Part shown: positions 52,670 through 64,000 of the stretch, piece by piece
Layout: each line of letters begins with the position of its first letter
Position numbering within the stretch: the first letter of the stretch is position 1
Source of the DNA: an uncultured Chloroflexia bacterium
GTDB lineage: Bacteria; Chloroflexota; Limnocylindria; Limnocylindrales; CSP1-4
Reading direction: 5' to 3'
NCBI GenBank assembly: GCA_963809215.1
Contig: CAWEIJ010000002.1
Coordinates: 1,326,224 to 1,390,223, forward strand
DNA: 64,000 bases
Notes under the pieces: model-generated
What the model was told of the DNA's origin: nothing
The model's input: only the letters and a program-made list of their open reading frames with translations
The model's database searches: none
Program-made: the position numbers and the translations under genes

Positions 52670-53563
52670 TCAGCCGGCGGCCGCGAGACGATCGCGCGCA
52701 GCATCCAGACGGGCGCGGATCGCCGCTTCGTCCGGAAGCCCGTCGGATCCCGCCGCCTCGAGCGAGGCGAGCCATGCGTCGATCCGGTCGCGATAGGCGC
52801 GCAGGCGCCGCGGCAAGCGCGGCCGCGTTCGTGGCCGCGATCCCGGCACCCATCGCCGCGTCGCCACGGGCGAGCCGCGTCGCATCGCGCCAGCCGGAGG
52901 CCGCGAGGGCGGCCGCCGCCGGCCAGTCGGCGGGCGGCGGCGCTCCCGCGGCGCCCGCCGCCGCCTCCACGAGCGCGGCGGCCGCGAGGAGCGGCAGGTG
53001 GCTGATCATGGCGACCGCGGCGTCGTGCGCAGCCGCGTCCATCCGGACCGGGTTCGCGCCGGCGGCCCGCGCCAGCCCCTCGACCCGCTCGATCGCGGCG
53101 CCGTCTGCCGGATCGCCGGGCACGACGACCCAGGGCCGTCCCGCGAAGAGCGTCGCGTCGCCGCACCGAAGCCGCTCGTCTCGCGGCCCGCCATCGGGTG
53201 GCCGCCCACGAAGCGCAGGCCGAGGCGATCGCGGCGCGCCGCCACGATGAGCGCCTTCGTGCTCGCGACGTCGGTCACGACCGCGCCGGCCGGAAGCGCT
53301 CGACGCGCCCGGCCGGCGAGCCGGTCGAGGAGCGCCAGGCAGGCCGTCGGCGGCGCGGCGAGCACGACGAGGTCGGCGCCAGCGAGCGCATCCTCGAGCG
53401 TCGCGGGCGCGGACCTCGAGGACGCCCGACGCGAGCGCGCTGCGCCGGCCCGGCCCCCGTCGGGCTCCAGGCGGCGGTCGCCCAGCCCCCGGCCTCGCGC
53501 AGCGCGAGGGCGACGGAGCCGCCGATCAGGCCCAGCCCGAGGAACGTCGACGTGCATGGGCAT
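52670..53563 (-). CDS. tyrA: Prephenate/arogenate dehydrogenase (frameshifted)
   Basis: LGLGLIGGS Rossmann motif, VTDVASTK, FVGGHPMAGRE, HDAAVAMISHLP, SGWRDATRLA. Confidence 0.85.
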
Positions 53564-53607
53564 CGTCGCGTCCCGCGACGGCGAGACCACGCGCGGGACC
53601 ATGCTCG

Positions 53608-53851
53608 CTACCGGCCGCGGCGCCGCGGGACGGATCGACGCTCCTTCACGCGGCGCTCTCCGTCGGGCGGGGGCCCAGGGTCGTCGGGTGGGTTGTCGCG
53701 ACGGACCTGCTCGCGGCGCTCGGCGTCGCGGCGCTCGATGTTCATGCGCGCGCCGCAGCGCGGGCAGCGGCGCTCCTCGGCGAAGAGCGACTGCGAGCGG
53801 CGAGGTCGCGTAGATGCTCCGGCCGCACGACCAGCAGGCGAGGCGGGGCAT
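53608..53851 (-). CDS. Small Zn-ribbon protein (about 80 aa) with an Arg-rich ERR-repeat tail (one extra base near 53794)
   Basis: [11 protein letters not shown]...RCPRCG...[13 protein letters not shown]...[19 protein letters not shown] lies 6 nt before the ATG. Confidence 0.7.
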
Positions 53852-53871
53852 GCCCGGATCCTAGGCTGCGG

Positions 53872-53899
53872 GCGGGGCGCCGCGGTGACGGCGCCCCGC
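53872..53899 (-). terminator. GC-rich hairpin after trpB2, possible terminator
   Basis: GCGGGGCGCCG-6 nt-CGGCGCCCCGC, a perfect 11-bp stem 7 nt after the trpB2 stop. No U-tract. Confidence 0.4.
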
Positions 53900-53906
53900 T
53901 GTGAGC

Positions 53907-55274
53907 TCAGCCGACGACGGGCAGTGCCGCCAGCGCGTGCGCGACCCGCTCGGCCGGGTACTCGAAGTCCTCGAGCGCCCCGGACAGGTACCGCTCGTAC
54001 GCCGTCAGGTCGAAGTGCCCGTGCCCGGACAGGTTGAAGAGGATCACCCGGGCGACCGCCCTCCTCCTTCGCCTTGAGCGCCTCGTCGATCGCGACGCGG
54101 ATCGCGTGGTTCGACTCGGGCGCCGGGAGGATCCCCTCGGTCCGGGCGAACTGGACGCCCGCGGCGAAGGTCGAGTTCTGGTGCACGGCCCGGGCCTCGA
54201 TCGTGCCCGAGGTCCCGCAGGAGGCTGACGAGCGGCGCCATGCCGTGGTACCGCAGGCCGCCGGCGTGGATCGGCTCCGGGATGAACTCGCTGCCGAGCG
54301 TGTGCATCTTGACGATCGGGGCCATGTGCGCCGTGTCGCCGTAGTCGTAGGCGTAGACGCCGCGGGTCAGCGACGGCGCCGCCGCCGGCTCGACGGCGAT
54401 CACGCGGTAGGTCGCCTCGCCGCGGAGCATGCGCCCGACGAACGGGAACGCGAGCCCGCCGAAGTTGGACCCGCCGCCGGCGCACGCGATCACGACGTCC
54501 GGCTCCTCGCCGGCCATCTCCATCTGGAGGATCGCCTCCTGGCCGACGACCGTCTGGTGGAGCAGGACATGGTTGAGGACGGACCCAGCGCGTACTTCGT
54601 GTCGTCGCGCGTCGCCGCGTCCTCGACCGCCTCGCTGATCGCCATGCCGAGCGAACCCGGATTGTCCGGGGTCACCGCGAGCACGGCCCGCCCGTAGTTG
54701 GTGGTCAGCGACGGGCTCGCGACGACCGAGGCGCCGTACACCTCCATGAGCATCCGCCGGTACGGCTTCTGGTCGTAGCTTGCGCGGACCATGTAGACCT
54801 TGACCTCGAGGCCGAAGAGCGCCCCGGCGATCGACGAGCGCGCGTCCCCCACTGGCCGGCGCCGGTCTCGGTGGCGAGGCGCTTGACGCCGGCCTCGGCG
54901 TTGTAGAAGGCCTGCGGGATCGCCGTGTTCGGCTTGTGGCTCCCTGCCGGGCTCAGGCCCTCGTACTTGTAGTAGATGTGGGCCGGGGTATCGAGCGCCT
55001 TCTCCAGCCGGCGGGCGCGGAACAGCGGGCTCGGGCGGTACAGGCGGTACGCGTCCCGGACCGGCTCGGGGATCTCGATGTCGCGCTCCGTGCTGACCTC
55101 CTGCATGATCAGCGCCATCGGGAAGAGCGGGGCGAGGTCGTCCGGACCGAGCGGCTGCATCGTGCCCGGATGGAGCGACGGGGGCGGCGGCGACGGCAGG
55201 TCCGCGACGATGTTGTACCAGGCCCGCGGGATGCGCTCCTCGTCGAGCACGAACTTGGTCCGGTTGGTCGCCAT
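53907..55274 (-). CDS. trpB2: TrpB2-type tryptophan synthase beta-like PLP enzyme (frameshifted)
   Basis: [81 protein letters not shown]. Confidence 0.9.
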
Positions 55275-55341
55275 GCGCGCATCTCCTGGGATCACGGGTG
55301 GAACGGTCGGGGACGGCCCCGTCGCCGGGCGGGCCACGAGG

Positions 55342-56023
55342 CTACAACGCGCCGCCCGGGTCCCGCAAGGCGGTGCCGTCAAGCGGTGCCGTCCGGAGCG
55401 CCACGTAGCGGGCGGGACCGCCGCCGAGGACGCTCTCGAAGAGGACGATCCGGTCCACGCTCCATGCCGCGTCGAGCGTTGCCGCGGCGGCGCTCAGCGC
55501 ATCGACGGCGGTCGAGCGCGCCCGGCACCCCGTCCGAGCGGGCAAGCGTGAGGTGCGCCGCGAACGGCCGCTCGGCAGGCGGCCAGCCGCCCTCGGCGAG
55601 CTCCGCGGAGAGGCGTTCCGCGAGCGCTCCGAGGTCCCGCGCGCCATCGCCGACCCGCAGGAAGACGGCCCGCGGCCGCGACGGCGACGGGAAGGCTCCC
55701 GCCCCGGACAACCGCGCTTCGAACGGCCGCGCGGCGTGCGCCGTCCGGTCGACGGCCGCCTCGAGCGCGGGCAGGGACGCGGATGCCGTCGCGCCGAGAA
55801 AGCGGAGCGTCAGGTGCAGGTTCGTCGATCGCACCCAGCGCAGGCGGGCCGAGGGTGGCGCGGAGGGATCCGGGTTGCGACCGCCGTCCTGCGGCGCCCC
55901 GAGACCGTTCATGAGGCGGGCGACGGCCTCGCGTGCTGCGTCACCGAGGGGTGCAGCGATGAAGAGGCGCCGCTCGCCGGGCGCGAGCGGGCGGACCCAG
56001 CGTTCGGATCCGCCCCGGGTCAT
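55342..56023 (-). CDS. thpR: RNA 2',3'-cyclic phosphodiesterase (2H family; frameshift near 55520)
   Basis: RLFIA, two HxT motifs (LHLTLRFLG; AHLTLAR), GAFP, and LFESVLG...ARY in the shifted frame. Confidence 0.88.
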
Positions 56024-56538
56024 CGTGGGTGCTCGCGACCCCACGTGGCGCGGTCCGCGCGGAGGATCTCGAGGGCGTGGTCACGGTCGCGCCAGCCCAC
56101 GACCTCGGTCTCCTTCTTCTCGAGGAGCTTGTAGGTCTGGAAGAAGTGCTCGATCTCCACGAGGCGGTGCGGTCGCACCTGGTCCAGCCGGAAGATGTGG
56201 GCCTGGTGCGGATCGCCGATCGCCACGCACAGGACCTTGAAGTCGAAGCCGTTCTCGTCGCTCATCTCGAGCCCCCCGATCGGCCTGCCCCAGACGTGGC
56301 ACCCGGTGAACGTCGGCGCATCGATGATCAGGAGCGCGTCGGTGTGGTCGCCGTCGGCGGCTCGCGTCCCCTCGATGAAGCCGTAGTCGAAGTTGTAGAA
56401 GACGGCCGACGAGAGGATCCGATCGAGCCGGAAGACGCCGGCCTCCTCGTCATACTCGTACTTGTTCCGGCTCCCGCGGGGGATCTCGACAACGATCTCG
56501 ACCGTGTTCGGGAAGTCGGCACGATGGGCGGCGGTCAT
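56020..56538 (-). CDS. ppa: Inorganic pyrophosphatase (family I)
   Basis: VEIPRGSRNKYEYD, LDR, YGFI, DGDHTD, D.KVL, IEHFFQTYK. Confidence 0.95.
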   Translation of the reverse strand: MTAAHRADFPNTVEIVVEIPRGSRNKYEYDEEAGVFRLDRILSSAVFYNFDYGFIEGTRAADGDHTDALLIIDAPTFTGCHVWGRPIGGLEMSDENGFDFKVLCVAIGDPHQAHIFRLDQVRPHRLVEIEHFFQTYKLLEKKETEVVGWRDRDHALEILRADRATWGREHPR

Positions 56539-56697
56539 GCCGGGACGATACGACAGCGTGGCTCGGCGCGCACCCGGGGAGGCCCGCCAGGCGGCGCTCG
56601 ATCAGCCGCCGCAACCGGAGGTCGGCACGCCCGGTGCCACGGGCCCGGTCGCCCGCCCTCGGCTGCGTGCCCGGTGACGCCCCGCCCTCGCGGGCGT

Positions 56698-57780
56698 TCA
56701 GTCGTTGTAGAGGCGCTCCTCGATCAGCTTCTCCTGCACCGTGCGACCGTTCGGATCGAAGCAGGAGAACTCGAAGTGCTTCTCGAACTCCACGTCGACG
56801 TTGTCCTGGCCGCCCCGGTTCTTCTCCACGGAGACGATGATCCAGTCCCGGAAGCGCTGCGCCTGGTACGGGTTGAACTCGATGTTCACCTTGGCGACGA
56901 TCTGGTACTTCTCGTTCAGGATCAGGATGATGTCCGCTTCGTAGTTGATCGCCGACGACCCTCGCAGGTGATGGTTGCGCAGGCGCGAGGCCTTCAGGCC
57001 TTCCTTGTCGGCCGCCACGATCGCGATCATGCCGACCTGCTCGGCGAGGGCGATGTCCTTGAGGCCGTTGACCACGAAGGTGACCTTCTCGGTCTCCGAG
57101 TCCGGCTCCGGGTACTGCGGCACCTTCTGGAGGTAGTCGACGACCACGAGAAGCTGGCGATCGCCGGACAGGACGCGGTGCTTCTGGACCAGCAGCCGGA
57201 TGTTGTCGATCGTGCTGGCGGTCTGCGTTCCGCGCATCAGGAAGAGGTTCTGCCCGTAGCGGCCGATCCGGTCGAGGCTCGGCCGCAGGCGCGGGTTCGA
57301 AGCGAGGACGGGACCGCCCTGGCCCTCCGCGACCCACGACCCGAGGATCTCGCGCCGGACATCCTGGATCTTGATGGCGCCGGTCTTGTGCGGCAGGTGG
57401 GCGAGCGCCGACTCCATCGCGATCATGCGGTTGAGGAGGTAGTGCTCCTCGTGCTCGAAACAGATGTAGAGGACGTTCGCCTGGCCGCCGGACGCGACGT
57501 TGCGCGCCATCTGGAGCGCCATCGTCGTCTTGCCCGTGCCCTGCGCTCCGCCGATGAGGAGGAGCTCTCCGGGACGGATGCCGCTGCCGATGGTCTTGTC
57601 GAGCGGGGTGAATCCGAGGGGAACGGCCTGGTAGTCCGCCAGGTTGCCGCTCGAGATCCGATCGTTGAGGTCGACCAGGACGTCGAGCGCCGAGCGCGGA
57701 ACCAGGCTCCCGGTCGGCGAATCGTGACGCCACTCGGCCTTGGGCTCAATGGTGGGTGGGCGCTCCATCTCGGTGCTCAC
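56698..57780 (-). CDS. Stand-alone DnaB-like (SF4/RecA-fold) ATPase lacking the DnaB N-terminal domain
   Basis: PLGFTPLD...GIRPGELLLIGGAQGTGKT (H1), ICFEH (H1a), VVVDYLQ (H2), LRGSSAINYEADII (H4), EKNRGG. GTG start with a GAAGGA RBS. Confidence 0.85.
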   Translation of the reverse strand: MSTEMERPPTIEPKAEWRHDSPTGSLVPRSALDVLVDLNDRISSGNLADYQAVPLGFTPLDKTIGSGIRPGELLLIGGAQGTGKTTMALQMARNVASGGQANVLYICFEHEEHYLLNRMIAMESALAHLPHKTGAIKIQDVRREILGSWVAEGQGGPVLASNPRLRPSLDRIGRYGQNLFLMRGTQTASTIDNIRLLVQKHRVLSGDRQLLVVVDYLQKVPQYPEPDSETEKVTFVVNGLKDIALAEQVGMIAIVAADKEGLKASRLRNHHLRGSSAINYEADIILILNEKYQIVAKVNIEFNPYQAQRFRDWIIVSVEKNRGGQDNVDVEFEKHFEFSCFDPNGRTVQEKLIEERLYND

Positions 57781-57904
57781 GCGGTCCTTCGCTTCCTGGA
57801 ATGCCGAGGAGACGGGGTCGTCCCCGTGCGGCCATCGTAGCACCAGGCCCGAGCCCGATCACCCCACGGAAGTGCCCCCGCGTCCCCTGACCTCCGGGTC
57901 GCGC

Positions 57905-59287
57905 TCAGCCGGCTGGATGCCCGGCGTAGTCGTCGAAGAAGGCCACGAGCGCCCGGATCCCGGTCTCGAAGTTCGTCATGTCCATCCACTCGTTCGGCGC
58001 GTGGAAGTTGCCCGTTGGCGGCATGAATCCCATCACCGTGACGGGCAGGCCGAGGATCGAGGCGAAGCTGGCAGCCACGGGCACCGAGCCGCCTTCCCGG
58101 ACGAAGAGCGGCTCGCGGCCGAACGCTGCCTCGAGGGCGCGGGCGTAGGCCCGCGTGGCGGGCTGGTCCCGCGGCGTCAGGGTGGGGCGTCCGCCGCCGG
58201 TGGAGACGACATCGACGCGCACGCCGGGGGGCGCGATCTGCATCACGTAGTCGTGGAGGAGCGCGAAGACGCGGTCCGGGTCCTGGTTCGCAACCAGCCG
58301 GCAGGTGATCTTGGCGTTGGCCCGGCCGGGGATGATCGTCTTGCTCCCCTCCCCCGAGAAGCCGCCCCAGATCCCGTTCACGTCCAGCGTCGGACGGGCC
58401 CCCCGTCGCTCGGTCGTGGTCCAGCCCGTCTCGCCGACGAGCGCCGGCACGTCGAGCTCGGCACGGAGCGCCTCCTCGTCGAACGGGAGCGCAGCCAGCG
58501 CCGCCCGCTCGGCGTCGGTGAGCGCCACCACGTCGTCGTAGAAGCCGGGAATCCGGACCCGGCCGTCGGGGCCCTTGAGGGCCGCGATGATCGACGCCAG
58601 CGCGTTGATCGGGTTCTCGATCGCGCCCCCGAAGGAGCCCGAATGCACGTCCTGGAACGGGCCGCGGACGTGGATCTCCGCCGCGGCCAGGCCGCGCAGG
58701 CCCACCGTGATGGCGGGCAGGTTGCCCGCGAAGAATCCCGCGTCGGCGACCAGGGCCACGTCGGCCGCAAGCCGCATCGCGTTCGCGACAAGCCATGGCT
58801 CCAGGTGGATGGAGCTGGACTCCTCCTCGCCCTCGAATACCAGGCGCAGGTTGAGCGGGAGCGCCCCTCGCACGGCGAGCACCGCCTCCGCGGCCGACAG
58901 CGCGATGGAGATGTTCGACTTGTCGTCCGAGGCGCCCCGGGCGAGGACGCGCCCGTCCCGGATGATCGGCTCGAACGGGGACGCCAGCCACTCGTCGAGC
59001 GGATCGACCGGCTGCACGTCGTAGTGGCCGTACAGGAGGACGGTCGGCGCGCCCGTCGCGTGAAGCCAGTCGGCATAGACGATCGGGTGGCCGCCCGTCT
59101 CGCTCACTTCCACGTTCTCGAGGCCGGCGGCCCGGAGGTCGGCCGCCAGTTGCTCCGCGGCCCGCCGGCAATCCGCGGCATGGGCCGGGATGCCGCTGAT
59201 GCTCGGAATGCGCAGGAAGTCGAGGTAGCGCGCGAGGCGCCGATCAGCCGTTGCGACGAGGTGGGCCTCGACGGCCCCGTCCGCCAC
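57905..59287 (-). CDS. M20 family dipeptidase
   Basis: LRIPSIS, LYGHYDVQP, RGASDDK, EGEEE, GLRG, DVHSG, GGSVP, FHAPNE. Confidence 0.93.
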   Translation of the reverse strand: MADGAVEAHLVATADRRLARYLDFLRIPSISGIPAHAADCRRAAEQLAADLRAAGLENVEVSETGGHPIVYADWLHATGAPTVLLYGHYDVQPVDPLDEWLASPFEPIIRDGRVLARGASDDKSNISIALSAAEAVLAVRGALPLNLRLVFEGEEESSSIHLEPWLVANAMRLAADVALVADAGFFAGNLPAITVGLRGLAAAEIHVRGPFQDVHSGSFGGAIENPINALASIIAALKGPDGRVRIPGFYDDVVALTDAERAALAALPFDEEALRAELDVPALVGETGWTTTERRGARPTLDVNGIWGGFSGEGSKTIIPGRANAKITCRLVANQDPDRVFALLHDYVMQIAPPGVRVDVVSTGGGRPTLTPRDQPATRAYARALEAAFGREPLFVREGGSVPVAASFASILGLPVTVMGFMPPTGNFHAPNEWMDMTNFETGIRALVAFFDDYAGHPAG

Positions 59288-59292
59288 GATCG

Positions 59293-61203
<1,911 letters not shown>

Positions 61204-61446
61204 CCTGGCCTCCGGGTCAGTCGCGCCGGCGGCGCTCCGCCGACGTCAGGGTTGGAGTATAGCCGCCCTCTCCGCCGACCCCGTCCGGGGCGCCCGTCGG
61301 GATGCCCCGCACCGGGGGTCTCTCCCCGCGGAGAGTTGTACGCAGGCGCGGGCCCCCCGGATGTCGGCGCGGCAGGCCGCGGGTATCGTGACGGCCAGCC
61401 GCCCGGGCCCGAATTCCCGACGACCGCGGGGCGAGCCGGAATCGGA

Positions 61447-61469
61447 ACGGCCGGCCATGGGCCGGCCGT
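61447..61469 (-). terminator. Hairpin downstream of tRNA-Met, probable terminator
   Basis: ACGGCCGGCC-3 nt-GGCCGGCCGT, a 10-bp stem 14 nt after the CCA end. Confidence 0.5.
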
Positions 61470-61483
61470 CGAACTCCACTCGG

Positions 61484-61559
61484 TGGTAGCTGGGACAGGA
61501 CTCGAACCTGTGACCTAGCGATTATGAGCCGCTTGCTCTGCCAACTGAGCTACCCAGCC
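61484..61559 (-). tRNA. tRNA-Met(CAT), elongator type
   Basis: GGCTGGGTAGCTCAGTTGGCAGAGCAAGCGGCTCATAATCGCTAGGTCACAGGTTCGAGTCCTGTCCCAGCTACCA forms a 76-nt cloverleaf with a CAT anticodon and encoded CCA. The GGCU acceptor start and absence of the initiator GGG/CCC anticodon stem fit elongator Met. Confidence 0.93.
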
Positions 61560-61803
61560 ACGTCACCCCATTCTAACGCAGCCCCGGAACGCATCGGTCG
61601 GGACGCGCGCCGGCGGTGACGCGGACGTTGGCCGGGTTCAGCGCGGGCCGTCCCCCCGCCGGCATCGACCTGCGCAGAACGTGTCCAGCTCGCTCCCGCC
61701 GCGGGAGTCCCCAGGGGCGTTGCGGGTGCTGCGCCGAGCGGGCTCGGCATCCGGCCCGTGCCGTATGCATGCAAGCGCGCCGGTCACGCAGGCGCGGGCG
61801 ACG

Positions 61804-62280
61804 TCAGTTGCCGGCGGTGCCCCCGGACCCGAACAGGGTGTCCAGCCAGGCGTCGAGCGGGGAGCGCTGCTCGACGACCGAGCCGAGCCTGCGTGCCGGC
61901 GAGCCCGGTGCATCCGGCGCGATCGACGGGGCGTCGGCCGCGATCGCGAACGGCCGCTCGTTCCCGCTGCCCAGGCCGTAGGCGCGCGCCTGCTGGAGGA
62001 TCCAGCGCTGTGTCTGGACCAGGCTCAGCTCGTCGCGCAGCGCGGCGACGCGGGCGACGAGCGCCTCGTTCGCGGTTTGCTCCTGCGTGACGCGTTCCGC
62101 GGCGCGCGCGGCATCCGACGCCTGTCCCGCGAAGCCGACGAGGATCCAGGCCGTGACGAGCGCCACGGCGGCCCAGCCCACGCGACGCCGCGACAGCCCC
62201 GCGATCCCCAGCCCGGCGAGCGAGACGGGTGCCGGGGCGACCTCCGGAAGCACGTGGCGTGCCGGTCTCGTTGGACACAT
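61804..62280 (-). CDS. Septum-formation initiator FtsB/DivIC-like protein (true start may be 62317 with a 1-nt indel)
   Basis: TM helix followed by a coiled coil (NEALVARVAALRDEL...WILQQARAYGL...ERPF). An out-of-frame ATG at 62317 has TACCAT 6 nt upstream. Confidence 0.7.
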   Translation of the reverse strand: MCPTRPARHVLPEVAPAPVSLAGLGIAGLSRRRVGWAAVALVTAWILVGFAGQASDAARAAERVTQEQTANEALVARVAALRDELSLVQTQRWILQQARAYGLGSGNERPFAIAADAPSIAPDAPGSPARRLGSVVEQRSPLDAWLDTLFGSGGTAGN

Positions 62281-62472
62281 CCGGGTCGGCCACGTTCGAT
62301 GGCGGCTTCGACGGCATGGCGGGATGGTAGCTGCGCGCAGCTAGCGTGTCAAACCGCCGGGCGTGCCAAACAACCTGTCACTGATCACCGGGACGATCGC
62401 CCGGGCGACAGGATCGCGGTGCTAGACTGGCCCGAAACCGCTCACCTGTTCTCTATGCGAGGAGGCGTCGCG

Positions 62473-64000
62473 ATGCGCACGTACGCGCCCGCTCCGGCCG
62501 ACGCGGTGCTCGCGCGGCTGCTCGACGAGCCCTCTCTGGCGCGCGGCGTCGTCCACCATGCCCGCGTGCCTGCCCGGGCCGCGGAGACCGCGCCGATCCC
62601 CGGGTGGGTGGATCCCCGCATCCGGGCGGCCCTTGCGCAGCTGGGGATCGGCTCCCTCTACACCCACCAGGCCGAGGCGCTCGAGGCGATCCGCGCCGGA
62701 CGCGACGTCTGCGTGGTCACGCCCACGGCGTCCGGGAAGAGCCTCTGCTACGAGCTTCCCGTCCTCCAGGCGCTCGCGGACGACCCATCCGCCCGGGCGC
62801 TCTGGCTCTTTCCGACGAAGGCCCTCGGCGAGGACCAGGTCGCCGCGTTCCGTTCCCTCGCGGGGGCCGCAGGCCTCTCGATCGCCACCGCCACCTACGA
62901 CGGCGACACGCCGGCGCCGATCCGCTCCTCGATCCGGCAGGCAGGCCAGGTGGTGGTCACGAACCCGGACATGCTCCATGCCGCGATCCTCCCCCACCAC
63001 ACGAAATGGTTCCAGCTCTTCGAGCAGGTCCAGGTGATCGTCGTCGACGAGCTCCATCTCTATCGCGGGCTCTTCGGGAGCCACGTCGCCAACGTTCTCC
63101 GGAGGCTCCTCCGGATCTGCCGGCACTACGGCTCGAACCCGGTGATCGTCACCTGCTCGGCCACGATCGCGAATCCGGGCGAGCTGGCGACGCGCCTGAC
63201 CGGCCGGGCGCCGCTCGTCGTCGATCGAAACGGCGCGCCAGCCGGGGCGCGCCACATCCTCCTCGTGGACCCGCCCATCGTGGATGGGCCGTCGGGGGCC
63301 CGCGGATCGGCGCTCACCCTGGCCCAGCGATGGGCGCTGCCCTTCCTGCGGGCCGGCAGGCAGACGATCGTCTTCGGACGATCGCGCACGGGTGTCGAGC
63401 TGATCCTCACGGGGCTGCGCGAATCGCTTCGGCAGCACGGCGGGCCCCGGACGCGGGTCCGCGGCTACCGTGGCGGGTACCTGCCAACCGAGCGGCGCTC
63501 CATCGAGGAAGGCCTGCGGAACGGCGAGGTCCTCGGGGTCGTGAGCACGAATGCGCTCGAGCTCGGCGTCGACATCGGCCGGCTCGACGTCGCGGTGCTC
63601 GCCGGCTATCCAGGCTCGATCGCCGCCACGTGGCAACAGATCGGGCGCGCCGGTCGGCGCCAGGACGTCTCGGTCGCGATCCTCGTCGCGTCGGCAGCGC
63701 CCGTGGACCAGTACGTGATCCACCACCCCGAGTTCCTCCTCGAGAACCCGCCCGAGGAGGCCCGCGTCGACCCCGACAACCTGCACGTCCTGCTGGCCCA
63801 CCTGCGGGCGGCAACGTTCGAGATGCCATTCGAGCCGGGGGAGACCTTCGGGGATGGCCCGGCCGACGACCTGCTGGCGTTCATCGCAGAAAGCGGGCAC
63901 ATCCACCAGGGCGAGGACGGCCGCTGGTACTGGAGCTCGGAGAACTTCCCGGCCTCGGAGATCTCGTTGCGCACCGCGGCCCCCGAGAACGTGGTGATCA
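62473..64000 (+). CDS. DEAD/DEAH-box helicase, MrfA/YprA/SftH-like (partial, runs off the window)
   Basis: Manual translation: [88 protein letters not shown]. Confidence 0.92.
   Translation, partial: MRTYAPAPADAVLARLLDEPSLARGVVHHARVPARAAETAPIPGWVDPRIRAALAQLGIGSLYTHQAEALEAIRAGRDVCVVTPTASGKSLCYELPVLQALADDPSARALWLFPTKALGEDQVAAFRSLAGAAGLSIATATYDGDTPAPIRSSIRQAGQVVVTNPDMLHAAILPHHTKWFQLFEQVQVIVVDELHLYRGLFGSHVANVLRRLLRICRHYGSNPVIVTCSATIANPGELATRLTGRAPLVVDRNGAPAGARHILLVDPPIVDGPSGARGSALTLAQRWALPFLRAGRQTIVFGRSRTGVELILTGLRESLRQHGGPRTRVRGYRGGYLPTERRSIEEGLRNGEVLGVVSTNALELGVDIGRLDVAVLAGYPGSIAATWQQIGRAGRRQDVSVAILVASAAPVDQYVIHHPEFLLENPPEEARVDPDNLHVLLAHLRAATFEMPFEPGETFGDGPADDLLAFIAESGHIHQGEDGRWYWSSENFPASEISLRTAAPENVVI

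Noticed and set aside
46626-55530. Programmed frameshifting or phase variation
   Set aside because: The indels are numerous, scattered and not at slippery or repeat tracts, which fits sequencing error better.
61484-61559. tRNA-Ile2(CAT) or initiator tRNA identity; tRNA as an integration site
   Set aside because: Acceptor and anticodon stems fit elongator Met best. I found no duplicated 3' end or adjacent integrase.
62440-62451. LexA/SOS box upstream of the MrfA-like helicase
   Set aside because: GCTC-N4-GTTC matches only one half of GAAC-N4-GTTC, which is too weak to call.

Overview
A very GC-rich bacterial chromosomal segment, almost entirely on the minus strand. Gene content suggests Chloroflexota (inference from an Arg-type EF-P, an EDPR-type MurE, a REC-CpaE fusion and TrpB2). 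Genes left to right: xerD (partial), recN, nadK, tlyA, dxs, xseB, small membrane ORF, xseA, efp, Xaa-Pro peptidase, mltG, ruvX, baseplate-J-like membrane protein, FtsA-like ATPase, alaS, two small membrane ORFs, mnmA, cysteine desulfurase, hypothetical, KimA/YdaO-like transporter, typA, degenerate NTP-transferase, ACT protein, aspS, Cys/His-rich mini-protein, DinB-like protein, hisS, rel, murE, two FemABX, murJ, xerC, topA, small hypothetical, Ig/CAP protein, dprA, comM, REC-CpaE ATPase, SPFH, nfeD, NUDIX, tyrA, Zn-ribbon mini-protein, trpB2, thpR, ppa, stand-alone DnaB-like ATPase, M20 dipeptidase, ftsH, tRNA-Met, FtsB/DivIC-like protein, and a partial DEAD/DEAH (MrfA-like) helicase. I see no CRISPR array, IS or prophage. 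About 46.9-55.5 kb is full of single-base indels, most likely sequencing or assembly error, and isolated indels occur elsewhere. The best candidate for an undescribed system is a two-gene module inserted in the alaS-ruvX-mltG operon: an FtsA-like actin ATPase with no adjacent ftsZ, plus a single-pass membrane protein with an exported phage baseplate-J-like domain. Other leads are a DnaB-like ATPase lacking its N-terminal domain, an Orn/Lys-type branched peptidoglycan cassette, two metal-binding mini-proteins and widespread leaderless-type promoters. All family calls come from motif recognition by eye; no database searches were run.
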